Positions 51,870-61,581 of a DNA stretch of 64,000 bases are shown here, in pieces. A program made the translations under genes and the position numbers. Position 1 is the stretch's first letter. Each line of letters begins with the position of its first letter. Location: contig CAWFAK010000017.1 of assembly GCA_963813715.1 (NCBI GenBank), forward strand, positions 192,001 through 256,000. The letters are read 5' to 3'. The stretch is from an uncultured Planctomycetaceae bacterium. Its GTDB lineage: Bacteria; Planctomycetota; Planctomycetia; Planctomycetales; Planctomycetaceae. The notes beneath the pieces are model-generated. The model saw nothing but the letters and a program-made list of their open reading frames with translations, was not told the origin of the DNA and searched no databases.

Positions 51870-53023
51870 ATGACACACCCGCGGCCGTTGAAAGTAGGCA
51901 TCGTCTGCTATCCGACTGTGGGCGGAAGCGGAATCTTGGCCGCAGCGCTCGGTGAAGAACTGGCCGCGCGCGGGCACGAAGTGCACTTCATTAGCTCAGA
52001 ACGGCCATTTCGATTTCCCGACCAGTCCGCACGTGTCCATTTCCATCCGGTTTCGGTCAATAAATACGAACTGTTTCGGTATCCCGACTACACGTTACCT
52101 CTGTCGGTGAAGATGGCCGAGGTTAGCCGAGACTACAGACTCGACGTGCTACACGCCCACTATGCCGTACCGCATGCCACGTCCGCGATTCTTGCTCGTT
52201 CAATGCTTCCACAGAATCTTCAGCCGCGTGTCGTGACCACTTTGCACGGCACGGACACTACGCTTTTGGGCGCGACGCGAACTACGGCCCGGCAATTCGA
52301 CACGCGCTCGACTGCTCGGACGCTGTTACGGCCGTTTCAGAGTTTCTCAAGCGGGAAACGCACCGACTGTTGGACGTGAGTCGCGAAGTCGAGGTGATCC
52401 ACAATTTCTATAAGCCTCGCCAACCAAGGCAATCTCGCGAGGCGGTCCGCAACGAATTAGGAATCGCGAATGGCCAGGCACTGTTGCTGCACAGTTCGAA
52501 CTTGCGAAGTCTTAAACGCGTCGACCTGTTACTTGCCGCTGTCGCCGCGATCCGCCCGCGCGAGTCGTTCAAGCTGATGATCTTGGCCGGCGAGGATTTT
52601 TCGCCCTTCACGAGCGAAGTACTGCGCCTGGGGCTGCAAGACCAGGTGATCGTGTTAGACAGAGTCAAGGACATCGAGGAATACCTCCAGGCCGCCGATC
52701 TGAATCTGGTCACATCGGAAAGCGAGAGTTTTTGTCTCAGTATTCTTGAGGCCATGTGTTTCGGGTGTCCGAGTGTGGCCATGCGCGTTGGCGGCATTCC
52801 TGAAGTCATCGACGACAATCGATCCGGCCAACTTGTCCCCTTTGGCGAAGTGGCGGAATTCGCCACAACGGTCGAGGCACTTATTCGCGACACGCAACGG
52901 CGATTGGAGTTCGGCCAAGCTGGCAAGGCGATCGCCCAGGAGCGATTCTCAGCAGAAAGGATCGTGCCGAAATACGAATCGCTCTATTACCGCATCTGTC
53001 CCGTGACGAAGAACAACGCATGA
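51870..53023 (+). CDS. bshA: N-acetyl-alpha-D-glucosaminyl L-malate synthase BshA (GT4); frameshift near 52275
   Basis: GIVCYPTVGGSG, GHEVHFIS, LHAHYAVPHA, TTLHGTD, HSSNLRSLKRV, ESFCLSILEAM. Confidence 0.93.
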
Positions 53024-53029
53024 CCTCCG

Positions 53030-53300
53030 AGCAGGCAAATGTCATTGCTTCGTCGCTTTGCGAGCAGGCCAAGGATGTATGTCGCGCGGGCCGACGATGA
53101 GGTCCGCACGCTTATCCACAAGTGTTGACACGCCTCATCGGAAAAATGGCGCCGAATTTGGCTGACGTCGCTGGATGTTCGGCCGCGGACCGGGCCTGGG
53201 CCATCACGGCACTGGCTGTCGGCGGGCTGCTGTTTTCGCGCAGCCAATGACGAGGAGATCTCCGATCGCATCCTCGCCGTAGTCGCCCCAGTTCAAGAAC
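53030..53300 (+). pseudogene. Degenerate C-terminal half of a TetR family regulator
   Basis: Across frames: DV..RADDEVRT / YPQVLTRLIGKM...RAWAITALAVGGLLFSR / AANDEEISDRILAV; no HTH. Confidence 0.45.
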
Positions 53301-53458
53301 GAGGGACCTGGGCCGAACGCAGACTGAGAGACGAGCTTGTGGGGCTCGTCCTAGCGTTCGTCGCTGCTGCGTCCTCGCAGCCGCGACGTACGCGCTAGCT
53401 CCCATGTAACTCTGGAAGCCAAGCCGCCGAGTAAACCTGGCCGTCTAAGTGCGTCAAG

Positions 53459-53488
53459 TCCCCGCCGGTGTCCCCACCACGGCGGGGA
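53459..53488. terminator. Stem-loop between convergent transcription units
   Basis: TCCCCGCCG...CGGCGGGGA 9-bp stem with an inner GGTG/CACC pair. Confidence 0.5.
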
Positions 53489-53530
53489 TTATTCACAACG
53501 TCCGGTCGGGTGAAGGTGGCCTTCGCGTTT

Positions 53531-54885
53531 TCAATTCCTTAGCGACGCAATCAAATCGTGCGCGGCTTGGATTCCGCTTTCGATCGCTCCATGGACGGAG
53601 GCGACGTTGCCTGGCTTGTCTTTGACGCCAACGGCTTCGCCGGCGAAGAACAAGGTGTCGGCCACCGGCTTGCCGAGAGCTTCCCTGGCATCCGGGAACG
53701 TGTCGTCCGGGAGTGCAGAGTAGCCGCTGCGGCTGTAAGGATCGTCGTGCCACACGCGCCACTCGGCGCGCACGAAGAGATCACGGATCCGCTCGTTCCG
53801 GAACATGTGGACGAGTTGATTGATGATCGCTTGTGGCGGGTCGGGGTGGTGTCCGAAACGATCGGCCGCATCGCCACCCACAAGGTGTGTGAGCAGGTGC
53901 CGTCGCCCGCGGCGTCGCCAGAGAGAAGTCGGCCAGTGCAATTGTGAGTCGAGGGCGCTCGCCAGAAATGCCATCCCCTCGGGCCAGAACGACTTGCCGC
54001 GGTGCAGGGGCGAAAGCTCGTGACCATTTTGAACGCTTTGCCCGCACGCAACGCGTCGATCGCCTCAGCCTTCGACGAGGGGAGCGGATCGTCGAAGATC
54101 ACATCGCCTTGCTGGAGCACTCCTAGTGGCAACGTCACGAGGACCGCACGGGATTGGAGCTTCAGGTTGCGGGCGAACACGCTGGCGCTGCCGGGTTCCC
54201 ATTCAATTCGGTGAACGGGCCGGTTGAGACGGATGTCGAGGCTTGCCTCCTCCGAGGCGCGGTGAAGCAGGGCCGAGTAGCCTTGGTCCACGTGGAAGTT
54301 TGCTTCAAAACCGGTGACATCGGGTTCAAGCCAGCCTTCGAGTGTGAGTACCGTCGGTTCGACGGAATGATCGTTCTTGATGAGCTGCTCGATGTATCGG
54401 CGCGTGACGGCCGAACGAGCCAGAATCTCGGCGCCCTCAGGTGTGCCGAGAAACACGGGAAGGGGTGCGGCTCCCCCACCCGCGCGTCGGAAACGCTCCG
54501 CCAATCGGCGCAGTTCATGCAGCAACAGTTGTGGCGGCCGAGGCAATTCGGAGTCTGGGACAAGCTGGCCGTCAAACCAGGAGTAAGTCTCGCCCACGTG
54601 GGGAACCAAAGTCAGGCCGTATTCGACGCTGAGCTGATGAACGATGTTGCTTTCGCCGTGAACAAATTCAGCCCCGAGCTCGATGGGGTGACGGGCGAGG
54701 GAGCGCCGGGTGAAAATGCGGCCTCCGATACGATTGCGAGCCTCCACGCAGATCGCCGTAAGTCCGCAGCGTAGCAGCTCGCGCATGGCGAACACGCCGG
54801 CGGCTCCTGCGCCGATGACGATGACATCGGCACGAACCGGCAGTGCGCGTTGACGAGGTCGATCAGGCGTTGAAGATTGCTTCAT
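53531..54885 (-). CDS. Flavin monoamine oxidase family protein; frameshift near 54005
   Basis: VIGAGAAG, EARNRIGGRI, ELGAEFVHG, VTLPLGVL, WHDDPYSRSGYS, FFAGEA, VHGAIESG. Confidence 0.9.
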
Positions 54886-55202
54886 AACGAAACGGCTAAC
54901 GGTTTAATTCCATCAAGGAAGGACCACCATTTGCCATTGGCTTGTCGACTACCGCATACGGCCGCCCTAACGGCCAAGCTTGCTCGTGACCTGGCGAATT
55001 GCAACCCGGTTACCGGGCGAATTGGGCTGCGCTCAACAGGCAGCGCGAGTCCCCTTTGCCGGATCGGATTGGAGTCTGTCCAATGGTGCGTCTTCTCCGG
55101 AGACAAAACGGCAGCATCAGAAGTCCAGACTGAAGCCCCGCCTTTCATATCCCCCAACAGCGCCGTGAACACAGCGATCGCTCAGCGAGCCTGGCGGCTC
55201 TC

Positions 55203-55520
55203 ATGTTGGGAGCTTTGAGGGTTGTATTCGGCGATATCGGCACGAGTCCCTTATACACGTTGAAGGAGTTTGATCGCTGCTGGAGGTGCCAAAGCAACCG
55301 TCGCCGATTTGTACGGCATCGTATCGCTCATGCTGCGGGCGCTCGTGATGCCGGTGACCGTCAAGTATCCTGCTTCGTGATGCGCGCCGACCACATGGCG
55401 AGGGGGGGGCATTTTCGCCTTGCTGGCCATCGTGCCCGAGCGGTTCCGCGCGCATAACACGCGCAAAGGGCGGATCACGGCAATGGCCATGCTGGCGGTC
55501 GTCGGAGCCTCGCTGCTGTC
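55203..55520 (+). pseudogene. kup: Kup (KT/HAK/KUP) potassium transporter 5' remnant
   Basis: LGALRVVFGDIGTSPLYTLKE, then broken frames giving GIVSLM...VTVKY and FVMRAD...IFALLA; only ~100 codons remain. Confidence 0.8.
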
Positions 55521-55796
55521 GCGCCAGCCAGCTCGAATTGCCCAACGTCTGTTTCATGGGCACGAACATCGTCAGCGGCACGGCCGCTCGCCGCGGCACG
55601 CAACACTGATCGGTGCGCAGAGAGCAGGTCGACCGACTCTGCAGCGGGCGGTATAAAGGAACCCGTCAATCCGGGAGTCGGCAACACAACCACGGGCGAG
55701 CCAAATCCCGATTGGGACGGACTCCACGCACCATCTTCTCCCTGGCGAACGCGAACCTCCGGTCTTAATGGCCCTTTCTTGGTCGAGACGGAATTC

Positions 55797-57794
55797 TCAA
55801 TAAGCAACGTTCGGAAGTTCCGAGTCGGTCGAAGTCGATGTCGACGCGGCCTGGATCCGGGACCTCCTTTTGGAACGCACTGCTCCGACGACCAACGCCC
55901 CGATGAGACAGACATTTACGGTTGTCAAGATTACTGCACCGAGTGTTTCCGCTGAAAACCGGCCCACGAGCGGGGCCCACCACGGAGTCCGGTGAACTAA
56001 CCCTTCGGCCGCTGGAGCAATCTCGAAAAAGCCGGTCATCATCTCGTCGAATGTTTGCCCTCCCCACCCAACCGTGGCCTTTGGGTCTGGGTTATTGAGG
56101 TTGGCCCCGGAATTATCGTAGTGTGCTACGCAGTTGATGACGGTCCCGCGCGGCATAATCTTTGGCTCTCGGAGGCGATAAGTTGTTTGCCAGCCGAAGT
56201 CGTAGTGAGGCACTGACAACAACATTTCCCGATGGCCATCAGGGTAGGTGGCTTCGTAACAAAAATCCTTGCCGCGCAGGTGCATGTGAGGGAGCATTGA
56301 CAGCAGCAGTGAGTCACGCTGGAAAATATACTCAGAACGTACTTCTTGGTTGAAAACGCCAGGTGGAATTTGAAAGGCTTTGTTAAATGCGCACGAGACG
56401 GTCACCTCGCGGTCGACTGACCGCGGATCGGCGAACTTAATGCCCAGGTAGCTGCGGTCCTGCTGTGGCGAGCCGTTGGGGGTGTAGTGGACATTAAAGA
56501 GGAGCTTTGAACCCGCTGGGAAACGACGGGCGAATCCGGAAGACAACTGATCCGGCACCAAACCGGGAGCGAAGCCTGCGAAGTAGCTTTCGTCCTCACG
56601 CAATGGGTCGAATGAGTTTGCGTCCGCCGGCAGCGAGTAGACTAGAATGTGATGTACGACCGACCGGTTGCCCGGTCGCAGCTCAATGGCCGAAATCCAA
56701 CGATCCTCTTTCCAACCGGGGTCGACGACAAAGACTTTATAGGGAACTACGCCGTTCGCCGGAACGTTGAACGGCTCAGGTGACATATAAATGATTTGAT
56801 CCGGCTGGGGAATCATCCACTTGTCAGCAAAAGTTGGCGGTTCCGGCAAAGCCTTCGGATCTCCCTGCGGCGCCCCGGCGGTCGCCCATTCTGCGAGAAT
56901 GAGTTTTTCCTTGTCGCTGAGGCGCGAGTCGTTAAGGAATGATCCGTAATTGGGATCGGCATGCCAGGGCGGCATGCGGTTCAATTCGGTCACCTCGGCG
57001 ATCATGTCGGCCCATCCAGCGACTTCTTCATACGATGTCAAAGCGAAAGGGGCGATTTGCTGCGGTCGGTGGCAGGTTACGCATCGCTTATTGAGGATTG
57101 GCGCGACGTCTTTCGCATAGGTGAAAGACAGGTGCGCCGCCGGTTCGCGATCCCGACCGATCAGGCATCCGGCCGCCTGAGTTTCGGTGACGGAAACTGG
57201 CTTGCCGGCCAGCAACTCGTCGATCGCACATTGAAGGTCCCTCCGCTCCGGCTTGGGTTTGTGATAGCCGGCCGTCCGATTAGTTGGCATGAACCCAAAC
57301 TGGTCGTCAATGCGTCCCCGGTAGCGGATTCTGCGCTCGCGGTCTAGGACGACTATCTGCGGGGTCCTCGTCGCCCCAAGTCGGTTGGCAATTGTCTGCC
57401 GCAGGTCTTTGAGAATCTGGAATGTGATTTCATGCCGCCGTGCAAAAGCGCCGATTTCAGTTACCGAATCTTGTCGATTCGAGTCCACGGCAATGAAGAC
57501 GACACCGCTCGATTTGTATTTTCCGGCGAGTTCGACAAGTCGCGGCGAATACAACTTCGCAAGGGGGCAGTCGACACCCAGAAAAGCAAACACGATCAAC
57601 TTGTCGCGGCCGACCTGAGTCAACGAAAAAGTCGCCCCCAAGATGTCCTTGGCGGCCAGGTCTTTGACGACGTCGCCGATCGCTGCCTTGCCCGGTACTC
57701 CACCCTCCACCGACTGAACGGAGGTGAACACTAACCATCCGGCGATTAACACAAGAGATTGCCGGCGCACAACCAACTCCGACTCTGGTAGCAA
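55797..57794 (-). CDS. Planctomycete redoxin + cytochrome c + copper type II monooxygenase-like fusion with a C-terminal TM helix
   Basis: FLGVDCPLAK, YRGRIDDQ, CVTCH heme motif, MPPW, VVHH, PHMHLRG, DEMM. Confidence 0.85.
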   Translation of the reverse strand: MLPESELVVRRQSLVLIAGWLVFTSVQSVEGGVPGKAAIGDVVKDLAAKDILGATFSLTQVGRDKLIVFAFLGVDCPLAKLYSPRLVELAGKYKSSGVVFIAVDSNRQDSVTEIGAFARRHEITFQILKDLRQTIANRLGATRTPQIVVLDRERRIRYRGRIDDQFGFMPTNRTAGYHKPKPERRDLQCAIDELLAGKPVSVTETQAAGCLIGRDREPAAHLSFTYAKDVAPILNKRCVTCHRPQQIAPFALTSYEEVAGWADMIAEVTELNRMPPWHADPNYGSFLNDSRLSDKEKLILAEWATAGAPQGDPKALPEPPTFADKWMIPQPDQIIYMSPEPFNVPANGVVPYKVFVVDPGWKEDRWISAIELRPGNRSVVHHILVYSLPADANSFDPLREDESYFAGFAPGLVPDQLSSGFARRFPAGSKLLFNVHYTPNGSPQQDRSYLGIKFADPRSVDREVTVSCAFNKAFQIPPGVFNQEVRSEYIFQRDSLLLSMLPHMHLRGKDFCYEATYPDGHREMLLSVPHYDFGWQTTYRLREPKIMPRGTVINCVAHYDNSGANLNNPDPKATVGWGGQTFDEMMTGFFEIAPAAEGLVHRTPWWAPLVGRFSAETLGAVILTTVNVCLIGALVVGAVRSKRRSRIQAASTSTSTDSELPNVAY

Positions 57795-57808
57795 CTCGGG
57801 TAACCGCT

Positions 57809-58948
57809 CTAATCAAACGGCAGAGCCGAATCTCCGCTGGTCAGATTGGAGTGCAAATCCTGCCAGACCTGCGGATCGATGTTGTCGCTGATGTAGTGAG
57901 CCGAACCGTCAAGCATCAAAATATGCACGCCCAGAGGATGCATGCTGCGGGAAGTGGCTTGAATTGAGACCTCGATTCCGTTGGCCTTGCTCACCTGACA
58001 TGGCATACCCATCTGCGTTAGCCGTGGCAATCCGTACTTCGCAATCAAGGCGGAGCAGCCAACGATGTCGTCGGCATTTGGAGACAGGTTATTCGGCGGG
58101 CCTGTGTTGCCCAGATTGTAAATCCCGTGGCAACAGGTGATGCTCGCACCGACCATGCCCAGCGCCCAAACGCCGCGCGGATCAAGGGGGTCGACGCCGG
58201 CACGAATTTCATCGATAGCCGTCATCCGGCTCGTTCCGCCGGGAAAATCTCGCAGACGAAACGATTTGTTGACGCCTCCTAGGCCGGTCCCCCACACGAC
58301 CATATTCTTATTTAGCAAATCGGGGTCGGCCACGTTGTAGCCGTTCGTGCACCCCGAAACGGACATGTAACACTGCCGATCGGGTCCGCCGTTGAACGCA
58401 TAATTTCCGCGTGCATAGGTGTGCCCGGTGGTCACGCCCGAAAACGTGGCCCGCTCATACGGCTTCGTATTATTGGGATCACTCGGGCAAAGCATGACTG
58501 AGAGAAATGTCGAGCGGACCTCAGCGTTGGCAGGATCGTCGATCGGCTTGCTCATGTCGAGCTTCGCATAAGCATTCTGTTGATCGAGCTGAGCCAGGAG
58601 CATAACCGCCCAGTTGGCGAGGACGCGATCGGGCCCCTTGGCAGGTGAATACCCGATCGCCACGCGGTCAATCGGCCCTACGGAGCAAACGCCGCCCCCC
58701 AACGGCTCCCCTGGCCCTCCGTTCCAAGTCACTGCTGGCGGCAGGCAGGAGTGTGATTCGTGATAGTTGTGCAGCGCGACGCCGATCTGGCGGAGGTTAT
58801 TGAAACACTGCGTCGCGCGCGCGGACTCACGCGCTGCCTGCACCGCCGGCAACAACAACGCCGCCAGCAGGCCGATGATACCAATCACGATTATCAGCTC
58901 GATTATCGTGAAACCGGATTTGGAACCGACTGGCGCGCATCGTTTCAT
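57809..58948 (-). CDS. DUF1559 prepilin-type N-methylation protein with an H-X9-DG motif
   Basis: [60 protein letters not shown]. Confidence 0.95.
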   Translation of the reverse strand: MKRCAPVGSKSGFTIIELIIVIGIIGLLAALLLPAVQAARESARATQCFNNLRQIGVALHNYHESHSCLPPAVTWNGGPGEPLGGGVCSVGPIDRVAIGYSPAKGPDRVLANWAVMLLAQLDQQNAYAKLDMSKPIDDPANAEVRSTFLSVMLCPSDPNNTKPYERATFSGVTTGHTYARGNYAFNGGPDRQCYMSVSGCTNGYNVADPDLLNKNMVVWGTGLGGVNKSFRLRDFPGGTSRMTAIDEIRAGVDPLDPRGVWALGMVGASITCCHGIYNLGNTGPPNNLSPNADDIVGCSALIAKYGLPRLTQMGMPCQVSKANGIEVSIQATSRSMHPLGVHILMLDGSAHYISDNIDPQVWQDLHSNLTSGDSALPFD

Positions 58949-59791
58949 CGGTATTGCCCCCGCGGATTCCCGATCGCCCCGGATCGGGGACAGCATCCGC
59001 TCGGAAGCCATGGGAGCTGGGGTGCGCCAATCAACTGCGTGGATCTTGCCAAGTGAACCAGAGCCATGTCGCCTCCTAGAGCAGTTCGTCAGTTCCCGGG
59101 AGGAAGCCTCGCTCCCAATTTGCAGGGCGGCTCTCGGAGCGAGGCAGCTTTGCGAGATGGATGTAAGCTAAGTTACGGCGAGCCCGGCAGAATTGCCAGT
59201 ACGTGTGCAAAGAAGCTCCTCGACAAATGAATCGATTCCCTTTCCGTGGCGACTCTCAACCGCTCAATACTGAAAGTACAAAAAGCTCTGCCAGTCGCTC
59301 GAATCGCCACGAGCATGAGAGCCAGCGCGATTGAGACGCTCCACCACGGCACGCGGATGGCGAGGGGCTCCAGCGGGGTGTTGCGGCAGCGAGTGAACGA
59401 CCAGCACAGCCGCGAAGAATGAATGCGAATGAGCTAAAAGGCATCGCGAGCGGCTACGGATGTCGCGGATTGGCCCGTCTGAACGTAGGGCAGAGGAGTT
59501 GAGTTGCGAACGGAATCCAGATTCTGAGAACATGCTTGTAAGGATCGAAATCGCTTGGAAAAACGGCGGCACAACGGCCCGTCGAATCCTCGAGCGACTC
59601 CGCGACGAGCACGGCTGTCCCAAAAAAAAGCGTGAGGGGCGCGGATCCCACACGTCCCGCCCGACCAAATGGCGCGACATATTGAGCAGGTCGAGAACAG
59701 CAATAGGTCGCCATGGATTGCGACGCTTGGACAATACTCGTCGAATTATTCGCAAAAAAGAACGGCAGCGCTGCGACATGGAGCGCGATGA

Positions 59792-61051
59792 ATGAACGGA
59801 AGCCGCCGAGAGGTTGTAGTGACGGGAATGGGGGCGGTTTCCCCGTTCGGGATCGGCATTGCACCTCTGTGGAACGGCGTGAGCGCGGGGCACAGCGGCA
59901 TCGATTGGATCAAATCTCTCGGCGAACTCGATCCCGAGAACTATCCAGTCCGCTACGCTGGGGAAGTCTCCGGCTTTGACGTCGACAAGCTTTTGGCCAA
60001 ACACTGCGAAGTGCGTCTCGAAAAGAGCGTGCAAATGGGGCTGGTGGCCGCGCATGAGGCACTTGAGCACGCCGGCCTCCTCAACGAGTCTCAAATCGCT
60101 CCGCCGGATGCCAATCCAATTGCCGTCATCGCGGGCAGCGGACATGGCGCCTGCCACGAGCCCGAGTCACAGTACGTTGCATACTTTTCCCGGGGACCAC
60201 GGGCGGTGCGTCCGACCGCGATTGCGAAAGGAATGTTTAACTCACTTTCGAGCAATGTTTCGATTCACTTCGGACTGACGGGCCCCAATCACGTGATCGC
60301 CTCGGCGTGTTCATCTGGGACAGCCGCGATCGGTCTGGCTTTGCTACTCATTCGTCAGGGGTGGGCAGATATCGTGCTTTGTGGCGGCGCGGATGCCCCT
60401 TTCACGCCAGTGATGTTTACCGGCTGGACTAGTATGCGTGTGATGGCACGGCACACGAATCCGCAAAAGGCTTCGCGCCCTTTCGACCGCCAGCGCAATG
60501 GACTTGTTCTTTCCGAAGGCGCGGCGATGGTAGTGCTCGAATCGCGAGCAAGCGCAGAGCGCCGACGCGTCGCAACGTTGGCGACAATCCTAGGTTATGG
60601 CACGTCCAGCGATGCGCACCACATTACGGCACCCACAGTGGCCGGGCAGGTCGCCGCTATGCGGTCGTGCCTTGCGGACGCCCAACTGGAGTGCGAACGC
60701 GTTGACTACTTGAATCTGCACGGCACGGCGACTCGGGCCAACGACGAGACCGAGGGCCACGGGGTCGCCGAAGTGTTCGGGCCGCGCGGCGCCTCCATGC
60801 CGGCCAGCTCGACCAAGTCGATGCTCGGCCATGCGCGAGGCGCAAGCGGAGCGCTCGAGTTCATCATCTGCGTCGAAGCCCTCCGCCACGGATTCGTGCC
60901 GCCGACGATCAACTGCGAGGAGCCCGATCCCGACGTCGGTCTCGACTATGTGCCGCTCGTGGGCCGACACCATCCCGTGCGGGTCGCAATGTCGAACTCG
61001 TTCGCCTTTGGCGGCAACAACGCGTGCATACTTTTGGGAAGGAACCAATGA
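59792..61051 (+). CDS. fabF: Beta-ketoacyl-ACP synthase II family protein
   Basis: VVVTGMGAVSP, ASACSSG, HGTAT, KSMLGH, SNSFAFGGNNA. Confidence 0.9.
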   Translation: MNGSRREVVVTGMGAVSPFGIGIAPLWNGVSAGHSGIDWIKSLGELDPENYPVRYAGEVSGFDVDKLLAKHCEVRLEKSVQMGLVAAHEALEHAGLLNESQIAPPDANPIAVIAGSGHGACHEPESQYVAYFSRGPRAVRPTAIAKGMFNSLSSNVSIHFGLTGPNHVIASACSSGTAAIGLALLLIRQGWADIVLCGGADAPFTPVMFTGWTSMRVMARHTNPQKASRPFDRQRNGLVLSEGAAMVVLESRASAERRRVATLATILGYGTSSDAHHITAPTVAGQVAAMRSCLADAQLECERVDYLNLHGTATRANDETEGHGVAEVFGPRGASMPASSTKSMLGHARGASGALEFIICVEALRHGFVPPTINCEEPDPDVGLDYVPLVGRHHPVRVAMSNSFAFGGNNACILLGRNQ

Positions 61052-61317
61052 GCACGGAGGCCCGCGTCCACGTCATCGAGCAGCTGAAATCTACCTTCTC
61101 GAAAGTCTCGAACGGACGAGCCAAAGTGGATCAACTGCCGGAGGATGCTCGGATTATTGAAGACATTGGCCTCGCTTCACTCGACTTGTTGGAATTGCGC
61201 TTTGAACTCGAAGCGGTATGGAATGCGACGATCACGGACGAAGAAGCGATCTCGCTAAAAACGGTTTCCAATGTTGTCGATCTGGTCATCGAGAAGTCGA
61301 AGACAGCGAGACCGTGA
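61048..61317 (+). CDS. Acyl carrier protein
   Basis: EDIGLASLDLLELRFELE...ITDEEA...TV; overlaps the KS stop (ATGA). Confidence 0.85.
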   Translation: MSTEARVHVIEQLKSTFSKVSNGRAKVDQLPEDARIIEDIGLASLDLLELRFELEAVWNATITDEEAISLKTVSNVVDLVIEKSKTARP

Positions 61318-61581
61318 AGTTAAAACTGCCGGTCAGACGTTTGAAATTGTTGCGGCTAGAGCATCCCCTGGAATGAGGTCATTTATCGCGGACGAGGCAA
61401 TGAGGGATCGTCGGCGTTTTCACACGAGACCATTTTTCGAGACGTTTTGAGCGAGGTGGCTGGAATCACCTGCGTCCTCTGACCCTCGCATGTCGACCCC
61501 TACGTGCGATTTTCGTCGATTAAGTATCGCCTAGCCCAAGGCCGAAGCGAACACGCGGGTGCGAGTCTCTCGGATTTCACC

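Noticed and set aside
50365..53023. Mycothiol (mshA/mshB) pathway
   Set aside because: The glycosyltransferase has BshA-specific CYPTxGGSG, HYAxPHA and TTLHGTD motifs; no MshC or MshD is seen
53450..53500. IS200/IS605 end or REP element
   Set aside because: Single hairpin, no second copy and no tnpA/tnpB in the window; a terminator is the simpler reading
59460..59795. 111-aa ORF abutting fabF
   Set aside because: No motif and atypical composition; probably part of the divergent promoter region, though not excluded
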